Source of the DNA: Octopus vulgaris
Lineage: Eukaryota
Length of the DNA: 64,000 nt
Assembly: GCA_951406725.2 (NCBI GenBank)
Contig: OX597816.1
Location: 55,800,001 to 55,864,000, forward strand
Reading direction: 5' to 3'
Below the pieces are notes generated by a model, which was not told the origin of the DNA, ran no database searches, and was given only the letters and a program-made list of their open reading frames with translations. This document shows, piece by piece, positions 13,741-26,920 of the stretch (position 1 is the first letter of the stretch; every line of letters starts with the position of its first letter). Made by a program: the position numbers and the translations under genes.

Positions 13741-13929
13741 TTATAGAAGGAGCTTCTACAGGACTAGAACTGTTTCATTCAAAAGAAATCATCAGGAGCT
13801 TCCTGATGATTTCTTTTGAATGAAACAGTTCTAGTCTTGTAGAAGCTCCTTCTATGAAATAAATTAATTTACTCTGCTATGTATTGAGTACCTTATTTAC
13901 TGTGGTTAACCCCGACTCAACCCGGGACC

Positions 13930-13932
<3 letters not shown>
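13737..13932 (+). mobile_element. Penelope-like pLTR with inverted 5' copy (palindrome 13737-13862)
   Basis: ~60-bp near-perfect arms centred on catcagga-gct-tcctgatg, a unique ~70-nt tail, and (TA)n on both sides. Confidence 0.75.
13794..13850 (+). ncRNA. Type I hammerhead ribozyme motif
   Basis: Stem I aggagcttc/gaagctcct (9 bp), CUGAUGA 13803-13809, short stem II ttc(tttt)gaa closed by U.U, GAAA 13822-13825, stem III cag/ttg (cag/ctg in the mirror arm) with ctag in the loop, GUA cleavage triplet. Confidence 0.8.
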
Positions 13933-14003
<71 letters not shown>

Positions 14004-14337
14004 TGTGTCTATATTTGTCCCCTAACATAGCTTGACAACCGATGCTGGTGTGTTTACGTCCCCGTCACTTAGCGGTTCGGCAAAAGAGACCGATAGAATA
14101 AGTACTGGGCTAACAAAGAATAAGTCCCGGGGTCGATTTGCTCGACTAAAGGGTGTGTTCCAGCATGGCCGCAGTCAAATGACTGAAACAAGTAAAAGAA
14201 TAATTATCTATTTCTTTTAGATCTGTTTGTCCGTTATCTTTATATGCTTATAAATAATTACATGCAAACATATACTTTTTATATTTATATATTATTATGT
14301 ACCTACATAAAATTATACATAAATATATAATTATGTG

Positions 14338-14415
<78 letters not shown>

Positions 14416-14914
14416 ATCTTATCTAACCTTACCTTAAACCAGTTTCAATCTAAAACTAATTAATAATATTGACACCTGAATGCGTTAAGATATTTTCTCT
14501 ACTCTTTTCTCTACCTTTTACGTAACTACGCGAATGGAATCGATTTTTCATGGAAGAGAATAACACAACAACTTCAAAGATAAGTCATGAAACAATATTT
14601 CGATGCTAAATTTATCGTTTAAGCAATTTTAACTGCTATATGGTCGCTTCCATAATCATCTCTGTATATTTTTAGCAGTTTATGCTTATCCATCGTATCA
14701 CGCTAACTTATTATTTCCCTTTCAATACTTAAACTCTTGCTTGTCTTCTTTTCCCGGTTGATGCTAGCACTTAATAACTGTAGGACATCTTTAATCATCA
14801 ATAATTAACTAGGATCATACAAATGCTCGACACGTAATATCCTAATTCATCCAGAATCTATTTTATATACGTATCATATGTCTTTTCTGCTTATTGCTAT
14901 GCTATCTTATTGTT

Positions 14915-14935
14915 ATCATCATCATCATCATCATC

Positions 14936-15013
<78 letters not shown>

Positions 15014-15110
15014 TGAAGTTCTACTACTTACTATTGTCGCCAGCATCATCACCATCATCATCACCATCATCATCACCATCGTCATCATCGTCGTCATCAT
15101 CATCATCATC
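14915..15110. repeat. Compound trinucleotide microsatellite (TCA)n(TAG)n(CAT/CAC)n
   Basis: Direct reading. Confidence 0.95.
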
Positions 15111-15384
15111 TTCTAACAGCACTATGTTTCACTGTCAATTTTCGCTGATATATTTTCGGTACCATTCACAAATTTTCTAATTATGTTTTCAATTATAAAG
15201 TTTATTTTTAATTAATCGACCAATTTCCATAAATGTTGTATATATACCATTATCAACACTTCTGTAGCTTTAATTAAACGCATCGTTTATAAGCCCTATT
15301 TCTGATGCCTTCACACTTTTGAAACTGGAGAAAAATTGCCACCTGCAAACACTCAAACATATATATATATACATATAAACATTC

Positions 15385-15415
<31 letters not shown>

Positions 15416-15820
15416 CATACATACATACATACATACTTACATACATATATATCTGTATAAATATGTATATATATATATATATGTATATATGATTGTATTA
15501 ATAATAAGAATAATATGACAACAAAAGAATGAATATAACCTCGATATTATGTAAATGGAGGGATTTATCTATAAATATAATATATGTGTGTATTTTTCCA
15601 TGTATATATATATGTGTGTTTGTGAGTATCTATATATATATATAGTTGCAAATTGAGATAGGGGTTGTAAATGCAACCCTCCATGGGATAACATATATCC
15701 AATATACTGCCAGTGAAGTACCCAACAAAGTTAATACATAAACGTTAAGAATTGCGATGCAATTAACTCATTTACTGTATTATATGGGCAAAGGTAAAGT
15801 GTTTTACCACAAATTCATAA

Positions 15821-16125
15821 TACAAAATAAGAAAATGGCGAAATACATCCAAATCAAATATCAAACTACCAGATAATACCCAATCACATACTTTATTAAA
15901 CCACCACATAAGAAAATTTAAGGTCAAACATAATAATATATGACAAAACAGTATTGTATCATATTACTCCTTTATGTAGACTCCTTTATGTACACTGTTT
16001 TGTCATATATTATTATTTTTGACCTTAAAGTTTCTTATGTGGTGGTTTAATAAAGTATGTGATTAGATATTATCTGGTAGTTGATATTTGATCTGGATGT
16101 ATTTCTCCATTTTTTTAATTTTGTA
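15821..16125. repeat. Inverted repeat with ~130-bp arms between (TA)n tracts
   Basis: 15821-15952 is the reverse complement of 15994-16125 with scattered mismatches; the loop holds actcctttatgta twice. Confidence 0.92.
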
Positions 16126-17039
16126 TATATATATATATGAGCCATCTTAACTCTTTAAATAGGCTGATATATCACGATCCACTGTCTTTTGGCTTAAGAC
16201 CTTTTAAGGTCTTAGTCGGAGACCACACAGAGCATACTCAACCATGTTCCAGTTCGAAAGGCAGACGACAACCAAGCAAAACATAATATGAAGACGCTAC
16301 AGTAAACCAAGCGACAGACATAACGTCATCGCCATAATCGTCTCTATCTACGAAGATTTAACTTGTACACAAGATAACTACAGATTCAAATCATGCTGTT
16401 AGGTGAAAATCTCACCACGGAAAAACAGTTGCAGTATATATATCTGAAAGAATATCTATATCAAGAGAAAGATAAGCACAAGTGATTCAACTAATCTCAG
16501 TTCCGAGACACAATATCTTGATATTGAACGCTTACACTTCGTGTACCTCATGAACAGTAAATCAATTTCCATCATTAACTCTATGCTCTGTACCTACTAT
16601 GTCACATGCTTTCACCCTTATTGTATCTGTCACACACACGCACACACGCACTTGCTAGCACTCACAACCTTCTAACCTTAACGCCAATTGTAAATAAAAT
16701 CTTATCTTCTCTCAGACATACATACATACATACATACATACATACATACATACATACATACATTCATACATACATACATACAAATATATATATATATATA
16801 TATTTGAAGCTGCAGTGAAATCATAGTCATACAAGCACTCAACTATGAGTGCAATGCATCTTATAGCAGAGAAATCCTTTAAGTACTGAAGTTTATGATC
16901 CAGTTTCTGTTTCATTGGTCATTTTAATTTCTTATTATTGCTCTGCACACGACTGTTGCTTTTGTTCCGAAGCACATTTATATTGAGTTGGTAATAGTAT
17001 GCGTAAGCAAAATGAGGATAATCTTCATAATAACAATCA

Positions 17040-17215
17040 TCCTTTCTAATATAGGCAGAAGGCCTGAAATATGTGGAAAGGGGCGAGTCGGTCACATCGA
17101 TCCCAGTACTTGAGTGGTACTTAATTTATCTATCTCATAAGGATGAAAGGCAAACTCGACATCGTCGGAATATGAACTCAGAACTTAAAGACGGGTGAAA
17201 AACTCCTAAGCATAC
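17040..17215 (-). mobile_element. Degenerate Nin-domain SINE
   Basis: ggatgaaaggcaaactcgac...gaactcagaac core. Confidence 0.75.
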
Positions 17216-18661
17216 TGCATTGTACGATTTAGATTCACTTAAAGGAAGAATGCAGATATTTTATTTAATATAAAATCCCACATTGTATGAAATATGATTT
17301 TTTTCTTTTTAGTTTTTAAATAAAGTCGTCTTCATATATTAATAATGTTGTTATAGCAGACTTCGCGTATTCAGAATTATGGTGTACCAAGATCAACGTG
17401 TTTGGCACAAAAACTATTATCCCAATGGTATCTGCAAGAATTAGTAAATGATTGCTTAATAACTGTACATCTATGGTACTAGCAGGAAAAAATCTCTCAA
17501 AGTTTTACTCTCAGTAGTATTTAAAGATGCGCTATCTTATTGCCTTCTGTGTAAACTAACAAATATACTTCTTTTAGTATTTTTTCTAAGATCACACCAA
17601 ACACTTCTGTGTATTTAAATGTGTGGAAAGAATTTCTTTCCTAGTGCATAGTGGGAAAATGTAATTCTTTATTATGTCTGTGTAATAAAATTGTGTTCTT
17701 CTCTTGTAAGATATATAGTGCGGCTGTCGCAAATGTTTACTTTGGATAGAGACATACTACATCATTTTTCGACTGGTGAAATGTGTGAAAACAGATAAAC
17801 TATATAACTTGGAGAGAAAGTAACCACTTACGCTGATATGTTATATATGCAGAGAAGATACAGAGACCTTAGTCTTGTGTAATTATATACGCATTCAAAT
17901 CGGAACTAAGTAAACATTGAACATTAGATATAAAATATCTCCCTCTCTTAAATAATCGGTTTTTATTTTATATAAAATCCATATCCACATTGTACGGTTG
18001 ATTCGATTGAGTGCGTTTGCGAGCGCTGGTTTGTGAGTGAGTTAGTGTGTTTCTGTGTATGTGTTCTTCAATAAATAAAGACTTGTTTCATGATTTTTTT
18101 TATAACTTTTATGTAGTGTAACAGTAAGTTAATATTCTTATTGGTCTTTTAACGATTTCGATATTTATAATAATTATTATAATAATTATTGCCTGAATGT
18201 CATCCACCTTAATTAAATATTAATAACTATGCACACTTGAATTAAACTCTACATACTAATTTTATATTGATTTAATATGGGTGGCCATAGTATCACAATA
18301 TAACATTTTTACCGATTATATCTACTTGAGCTTTCTTATACTTAACAGTCCATATGAACATATTGTTATATTCTTACCTTACAACTCCATTATACACAAC
18401 CTTACCCCACCTTCTAAGGTCTCTACTATTTCTTACGCTATGTTCTTTATGTATACATTTTATCAGTTAACGGTTTGCAGCCAAGCAGGAATCGAACACC
18501 TACTTTGTATATCTTTACCTGTGAAGAGATTCGACTTTCAAATAGTTTTTAATTTAATTTTTTTTTTATTTTTTAAACGTATGGAATTGAAACAGCTGTA
18601 AGGAACGTTTGTCAATTTTTTAATTAATAAAAAAATAATTTATTACCTCTCTATTTTCTTA

Positions 18662-18692
18662 TATTATTATTATAATATTATTATTATTATTA

Positions 18693-18756
<64 letters not shown>
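18662..18756. repeat. (TAT)n microsatellite
   Basis: Direct reading. Confidence 0.97.
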
Positions 18757-18757
<1 letters not shown>

Positions 18758-18779
18758 CGTTCTTTTATTCTTTTGCTTA

Positions 18780-19022
18780 TATAACGGGAAGGTTTACGAA
18801 AATAAATAAAAGACGAAGGCAAGTGGAGTAAAAACAAACAATTATGTGTGTGTGTGTATACGACGGGCTTCTTCCATTTTAATCTACCAAATACACTCAA
18901 AAGGCTTTGGTCGACCCGAGACTATAGTAGATATCTGCCCAAGATGGCACGCAGTGGGAATGAACCCGGAACCATGTAGTTGGGAAACAAGCTTCTTACC
19001 ACACAGAGCATGCCTACGCCTA
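18780..19022 (-). mobile_element. Short Penelope pLTR 3' tip (18780-18843) abutting the 5' half of a CORE-type SINE (18845-19022)
   Basis: aacgggaaggtttacgaaaat...gaaggcaagtggagta matches 20593-20645; the remainder is the revcomp of the SINE head. Confidence 0.75.
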
Positions 19023-19134
19023 GAATATACTATATATATTTCATCCATATATATTACATATTTGCATACATGTATTCATGTATTTGTACCTATGCCTATT
19101 TGTATGCATCTTTGAATGTGCGAATATGTTTGGA

Positions 19135-19929
<795 letters not shown>

Positions 19930-20592
19930 AACAAAACAATATGAAGTAATACTTTCCATTTTGTCACTAGATAAAAGTCTCCTTTTCTTAAAACTTTTTC
20001 AAATAGTTTCAAGATTTATGCAGCGAGATAGTCTTTCTTTTTCATAATTTTATCTCCTCTGTATATGACTATTGAAATAACTGTGAATGTGTAGGTATGT
20101 TACAGTTATGAGAAAGTATTACATGTGAATACATGTGTTTGTATGTCCGTGTGCGTACAAATGTATATCTGTCGATAGACGGGGCTAAATATAAAATTAA
20201 GGATTTTCTACCCGTTTTATTAAAAGCTATTCTCCTACACCAATAATTTTTTCAGTTGAGATTTTAAAAGTTTCTTTGCTGTATCTTTTTTTATGTCCTT
20301 GTTTTCTAAATTTCATTTCATAAATTTTAACAGAATAAGTTAGAAGATATACAAGCTTATCGTATTCCTCCACTAATGGTTCAACGTGAATGTTTGGTAA
20401 TTTCACTTAAATGTAGACCTAGCATGTTAATTCTGTTATTGGTTTCATCCGGAGGCTGTGATCATGCCGCGGCACCGCCATGTTTATGCATACAAACATA
20501 CACACACACACATGTATACACAGAGTGAGCGAGAAAGGGATGGAGGGATGGAAAGCGAAATAGATAGATTGTTGTGTATGTGTATATATATA

Positions 20593-20752
20593 TAACGGGA
20601 AGGTTTACGAAAATAGACAAAAGACGAAGGCAGGTGGAGTACAAACAAACAAACAAATGTATTTGTATGGCGCTCAGGAATAGAAATAGAACGAGTCTTT
20701 TACGTTTCGAGCCTACGCTCTTCGGCAGAAAAATACACAGAAAAGAAACAAG
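20593..20752 (-). mobile_element. Penelope pLTR copy with hammerhead-like motif (20696-20733)
   Basis: Reverse complement of 33335-33470; motif ttttt-CUGCCGA-a-gagc(gtag)gctc-GAAA-cg-ta-aaaga. Confidence 0.82.
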
Positions 20753-20783
20753 ATGTATGTATGTATGTATGTATGTATGTATG

Positions 20784-20822
<39 letters not shown>

Positions 20823-20863
20823 ATGTATGTATATATGTATATATACATATATATATTATATAC

Positions 20864-20956
<93 letters not shown>

Positions 20957-21007
20957 GTGAAGGGAAGAAATGGAGCTGAACGAAGATTCTACAGAATTCC
21001 TTTTATT

Positions 21008-21093
21008 ATTTTCTACACATGTTTCAAAGGCCGCAAATTTCCAAATTCGGATTGAATAAGGAGACCATTTTGCAGCTTTCTCTTCAGGAAAAT
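21008..21093 (-). ncRNA. Type I hammerhead ribozyme motif with extended stem II, in a pLTR-like insert (20955-21100)
   Basis: Minus strand attttc-CUGAAGA-gaaagctgcaaa...tttgcggccttt-GAAA-catgtg-ta-gaaaat: stem I 6 bp, stem II ~11 bp, canonical core, GUA site; adjacent to (TA)n. Confidence 0.8.
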
Positions 21094-21149
21094 CCAGGAA
21101 TTTAAATCTCCAAAACAAATGCGCAGCAAGCTATTCGAACAAAACGCTC

Positions 21150-21920
21150 CTTAGGAGCCCATGGAATGGCACAAAACTGTCTCTCAATGTACGTTGACAA
21201 AGTCACCTCGCACAGCCTAGAAATCGAAGTAAGTGAGTTAGGATGTTCAATGATGTGAGAATTGGCCGGGGTTGGATAGTTGTCCCTAGTTCTGATGCCA
21301 TAGTGATAATGTGCGACGTACATAGCCCAAGCTTTTTTGAGATCTTTGTTATCCAGGAATGTGAAGGTTTCCCTGTCAGGGTGCGTACGAAACTTTTGCA
21401 GTCTGCAAAGGTAGAGCAGATAGAATTTACAACTTAATTTGTTATGCCATATGAAGCGAGAATTTGAAGCATTGGTACATAGTCCAAAGCTTTGTTGAAA
21501 TCTACAAAGACGTTTCCGAAAGGCACAGGGACACATGTTTCTTTGCTGGGGTGGATTCCATGAGGCGGTAAAGTGTTAAACCAGGTTCAAGGATGGAGCA
21601 GCCTTTGTGAAATCAATTTCGGTTTGGTCTCAGTACTGTAATGATTGGCCCTCGGGTGCTATAGAGAATGATGCGGTTGAAGATTGCAGTTGGGCGTAAC
21701 ATGAGGATAACCCGACTGTTCGATCCGTATGCGATAGCTCTCCCTTTTTCGGAACAAGATTGATGGGGCTCAGCAAAACTTCCGATTGAATATGACAGGC
21801 GATGTAATAAGGATTTAGAATAGGCAATAGTAAAAGAATTACCTTGGGATTCCGAAGAACCTCTGCAGACACACCATCTGCTGGGACACCGTCGATCTCT
21901 TTGCTACACCTTCACTTATA
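21150..21920 (-). pseudogene. Degenerate RTE-clade LINE reverse transcriptase fragment
   Basis: Broken frames give DGVSAEVLRNP, NLVPKKGELS, LTLYRLME and VFVDFNKALDYVPMLQILASYGI, matching RTE RT motifs (GPDGIPAE, PKKGDL, FVDFSKAFD...YGIP). Confidence 0.78.
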
Positions 21921-21979
21921 TACGTTCCATATGAGAGCTGAAATCACTGGAGAATATTGTAAAATACTGGAAACTATTT

Positions 21980-22128
21980 AAGAGACACACAAAAACCGTT
22001 AGAAGTGAATATAACGGTTTTTGTGTGTTTCTTAAATGGCTTATAAATACCTTCCCCGCTGCAATTGTTTTCATTCCAGCATACGATCTCAGATCAGTTC
22101 ACTTGCTATGCAAGTACATCTCCGTAAA
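21980..22128 (+). mobile_element. Penelope-type terminal fragment with a small 5' fold-back and a 12-bp TSD
   Basis: Hairpin 21976-22037; tggaaactattt at 21968-21979 and 22129-22140; body shared with 45033-45090 in reverse. Confidence 0.65.
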
Positions 22129-22724
22129 TGGAAACTATTTGTTACAGAGTAATTACATACTAAAGAAGAGATCTGGAAAATGTTGGAATTATTTATTCCA
22201 TGTTAGACATATTTGTTTTTTTGTTTTTTTTTTGTTTTTTTTTACCAAAACGAGTTACATCCGTATACATATGGAAAAACATAGAATAAATTTCTGACTA
22301 GTAATTCAGCAGAAAGAGGATTATTTCAATTGTCGTGCTAGTGAATTACTAATGGGTGTTTTATAATATTTTCTTCCGCATGTACACGAATGTAACTCAT
22401 ATCAGTAAAATAGAAATATGTATATATAAAACACACAAAAAATACATGCACTAAAAGTGAGAAGTGATATCAATTTGGATAACCAGGAAAATGGTTGCTA
22501 TACTTAATTCCATACAAGACAGACTCTTAATTTATTACAATAAGATAAAGAACGTTAACATATCACCTGATAGTTATTACTCACCATTGCTGACGAGCAA
22601 GGGAAGTAATCTGAAACAATCAAATTGGTGTACGCTGTTACACGCACACACACACACGCACACATACATACAAACACACACATGAACAAGCATTTACACA
22701 CAGAGATACTAACAAAATATTTAA

Positions 22725-22880
22725 GCATAGCTATGTGGTAAGAAGCATGTTTTTCAAGCACATAGTCCTTGGTCCATCCCCACTGCGTGGCATCTTAGAC
22801 GATTTCTACTATTGCCACGGACCGATCAAAGCCTTGTGAGTGGATCTGGAGGACGGAAATTGAAAGAAGCCAATTGTATC
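22725..22880 (+). mobile_element. 5' half of a CORE-type SINE (degenerate)
   Basis: ccactgcgtggcatc...aagccttgtgagtggat...gacggaaattgaaagaagcc. Confidence 0.78.
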
Positions 22881-22899
22881 TGTATATATATATATATAT

Positions 22900-23870
22900 G
22901 AGGTAAAAGGAATCCAACAAACGGAAATCGTTAAAACATAACAAGCAGGAAAAGAAAGATAGCACAACAACGGCAAACAGGACAAAACAAGATACACGGT
23001 TCATTGACAGCCAATTGCTTCTTCAGTCGGAGTTTGAAATGTCCACGTGGTTTTGCCCAGTCTTCTCCGATATTACTCGAAACCAGTTGGGCCATGGGCT
23101 TAAGCTGAAGGCATAAAAACCTTGACCAAGCCAAATGAATGTACATATACAAACAGAAGGAAATAACTATTTCTTTACTACCCACAAGGGGCTAAACACA
23201 GAGGAGACAGGCAAGGACAGGCAAACGGATTAAGTCGATTATAACGACCCCAGTGCGTAACAGGTACTTATTTAATCGACCCTGAAAGGATGAAAGGCAA
23301 AGTCGACCTCGGCGGAATTTGAACTCAGAACGTAGCAGCAGACGAAATACTGCTCAGCATTTCGCCCGGCGTGCTAACGTTTCTGCCAGCTCACCGCCTC
23401 AAACAGTAAGGGTCTATCGGTCATAAGAAATAGAATTATTCATAAACAATGGACAAAAGCCTTTCGACTATACCACAAAAATAAATCAAAACAGGCGGAG
23501 TCTTTCGACTATCAGACAGTGTGGTAAACTAGCGCAAGAATAAAGGGAATGGAGAAATCTTGACTGACCGGGTGTTGAGACAACAGAACAAATGCGACTG
23601 ACCTCCAAAGCAGTCAGCCGAAAAATAACATTGCATAAACCGGACAGCGATCACATGGTAGAGGAGGGAGCAGATGAGGAAGGTAGAGGGACTAAGGAAT
23701 AGGAGAGAGGGGAAAGAAATCAGAGGACCAAATAATGAGTGGGAGGGATCACAGAATGTGGGGGAGGAAGAGAGAGACAGAAAGAAACGAGGTACAAGGG
23801 ATGGGAGGAAGGAAAGCAAAATAGATTGAGAGATAAGAGGGAGGGTGAAAGGGGTAAGGATATACGAAAT
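22900..23870 (-). mobile_element. Probable Penelope-like 3' region, interrupted by a SINE
   Basis: Architecture parallels 29260-29940 (purine-rich tract, similar internal motifs, TA-tract boundary). No ORF, so the assignment is by analogy. Confidence 0.4.
23160..23399 (-). mobile_element. Full-length Nin-domain SINE
   Basis: Reverse complement of 33640-33884; caaacag is duplicated on both flanks (23150 and 23400). Confidence 0.9.
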
Positions 23871-23970
23871 ACACACACAAGTACACACACACAAGTACAC
23901 ACACACGTACACACACATACATATATGATACGGATGACTCTTTACAATCTAAAGGCAGAAGCATATACAT

Positions 23971-24883
23971 CACTAAAGAGAACAAGGGCACTAATCAAGA
24001 CAAGTATTGCTAGAAATAACTGTAAAACAACTCGGAAAGCTATATCCTAATGACAGATAAAGGAGTCAAACTCCCTACAGAAGCGGGCGTAGGGATAATC
24101 TCGCATTTCGATGCTTCAGCATCAAGCAAACAGCACAAATGTTAAAACAAAGAAATAAAAAAAAAACACGACTAAAAAAATACAATCCTTTCTACTACAG
24201 TGATCCCTCGCTACTTCGTGGTTCAACTATCGCGGATTCACGACTTCGCGGATTTAAAAAAAATATGTATATATATGAACACCTAAAATTTTTCATTAAA
24301 TCCATTAAAATATTAATATTAAATATTATTTCCTAGTCTAGGAACAACAAAACAAGTGTAAAATAGCAGAAAAGCATATACAGGGATATTTGAACTTAAG
24401 ACGGTCTGTGATTGGTGCAATCAAGACCAGTATTGCTAGAAATAAATGTAAAACAACTCGGTAACCACGGAAAGCTATATCTTAATGACTGATAAAGGAG
24501 TCAAACTCCCTACAGAAGCGGGCGTAGGGATGATTTCGCATTTCGATACTTCAGCATCTTAATGTTCATCAATGGCACTCACCGCGCCCAGGTCGACCTT
24601 AATATTTATAATTTCCCCTTTTACCGTTTATGATTTAAACGTAAAACTTATGAACTGAATAGTGAGCTGAGTTTAACCCAAGGCGCGGTGAGAACCATTG
24701 ATGAGCACTAAGATGCGGAAGCATCAAATTACGTAATCATCGATAATCTGGCCATGTCCGCTGCTGTAGGGAGCTTGCCTCTCTTGTCACTCATAAAGAT
24801 AATGTATTCCGTGGCTATTGAGTTATACTGGCTATTATTTTACGCAATACTTGTGTCGATTAGTACTCTTTGTCACTTTAGTG
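23971..24883. mobile_element. Non-autonomous TIR element (CACTA...TAGTG ends, long diverged TIRs) with a duplicated left arm and a nested pogo/Tigger-like end
   Basis: cactaaag...caagtattgc at 23971 pairs with gcaatacttg...ctttagtg at 24883. 24479-24588 pairs with 24682-24800. 23995-24123 is repeated at 24420-24558. TA|cagtgatccctcgctacttcgtggtt at 24199. Confidence 0.65.
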
Positions 24884-24958
24884 ACCTCCCCCTCTCTCTC
24901 TCTATCTCTCTCTCTATCTATCTATCTATCTATCTCTATCTATCTCTCACTCACTCTT

Positions 24959-25470
<512 letters not shown>

Positions 25471-26143
25471 TATGTTTTGTATGTATGTATCAATGCACAT
25501 GCATGTAAATATATATGTATGTATATATTTATATGCATGAGATTATGTGTGTGTGTGTGTACCAATGTATTTTTGAAAACTGAGTTGCCGATTTTGATGT
25601 ATGAGGTATCAAAAGATTCAGTAATCTTTCGGCTACCAAATAAACTATGTTCTTTGCACGACAATTCGGCTTTCACAGTTTTTGAGGTATTTAGCAAAGG
25701 GAGGTAAGTCTGCCCGAAAAATCGTAAAATTCATGGAGTTTTACCAGGGAATGAAACTTCTAAGATATACCTTCAATTTTATTAGTATTAGTAATGGTTA
25801 TATGCCAAAAGAATGTGGCAGCCCTATAAAGGACGATGTTACTGTTGTTTTAGCTCCAAGAAAACATATCTTCCAACTAGCTATCGACACACAGTTTGTG
25901 TCCGTATAGCATTTGAAAGGGAGGTCATCGCTCACATCTCTTAGTATTATTTAATAGACAATCTTCTGGTGTAAAGTATGTTTGTCTCTGTTTTGTTTCG
26001 CCCGGATTTGCCTCGAATGTAGTTTTTTTTTTCTTCTTTTCCTGCAATACTATAAAAATGTGTCTTTCTTATGATGAAAGGATGTGTTGTAAGTGAGATT
26101 TGGCTGCTGTTTGTAGATGCTCAAGTTAGCACAGACACACTTC

Positions 26144-26183
<40 letters not shown>

Positions 26184-26310
26184 GATAAAAACTACTTTTC
26201 CTCAGAATACAGAATATTTTGCACAATAACTTTTAAAGAAATCTGGACATCTTTCTTACTGCTAACCATTCAACTTCGAATTGTTATTTGTCGGAAGTCA
26301 AGTATACATA

Positions 26311-26920
26311 GTAGGCGCAGGTGTGGCTGTGTTGTAAGTAGCTTGCTTACCAACCACATGGTTCGGGTTCAGTCCCACTGCGTGGCATCTTGGACAAGTG
26401 TCTTCTGTTTTAGTCCCGGGCCGACCAATGCCTTGTGAGTGGATTTGGTAGACGGAACCTGAAAGAAGCCTGTCGTATATTTGTTTTTTTTGTTTTTCCA
26501 GTTTCAGCTCTTGAGCTGTGGCCATGCTGGGGGCACCGCCATTGTGGTGAAAGAGTACAGCAGGGATCACCACCCCCTGCCGGAGCCTCGTAGAGCTTTT
26601 TAGGTGTTTTCGCTCAATAAACACACACAACGCCCGGTCTGAGAATCGAAACCGCGATCCTGCGACCGCGAGTCCGCTGCCCTAACCAATGTCTGTATGT
26701 GTGTGTATATGTTTGTTTGTCTGCGTTTGTCCCCCCAACATCGCTTGGCAACCGGTACTGGTGTGTTTACGTCCCCGTCACTTAGCGGTTCGGCATAAGA
26801 GACCGATAGAATAAGTACTGGGCTTACAAAGAATAAGTCCCGGGGTCGATTTGCTCGACTAAATGGCGGTGCTCCAGCATGGCCGCAGTCAAATGACTGA
26901 AACAAGTAAAAGAATAAAAG
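26311..26920 (+). mobile_element. CORE-type SINE with a nested antisense SINE
   Basis: Head 26311-26480 and tail 26690-26920 match the family. Confidence 0.88.
26490..26688 (-). mobile_element. tRNA-derived SINE of a different family, nested in the previous SINE
   Basis: Minus strand ggttagggcagcggactcgcggtcgcaggatcgcggtttcgattctc (tRNA-like with B box); tail ccccagcatggccacagctc...ctgaaact resembles the host SINE tail. Confidence 0.75.

Larger units (their letters stand above)
13537..14200 (+). mobile_element. CORE-type SINE interrupted in its central (TA)n by a Penelope-type fold-back insertion
   Basis: Head 13537-13703 and tail ~13975-14200 match 8375-8790. Confidence 0.88.

Noticed and set aside
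21102-21536. 144-aa ORF as a novel protein upstream of a ribozyme
   Set aside because: It is an off-frame reading of a decayed RTE reverse transcriptase; the RT motifs are in other frames.
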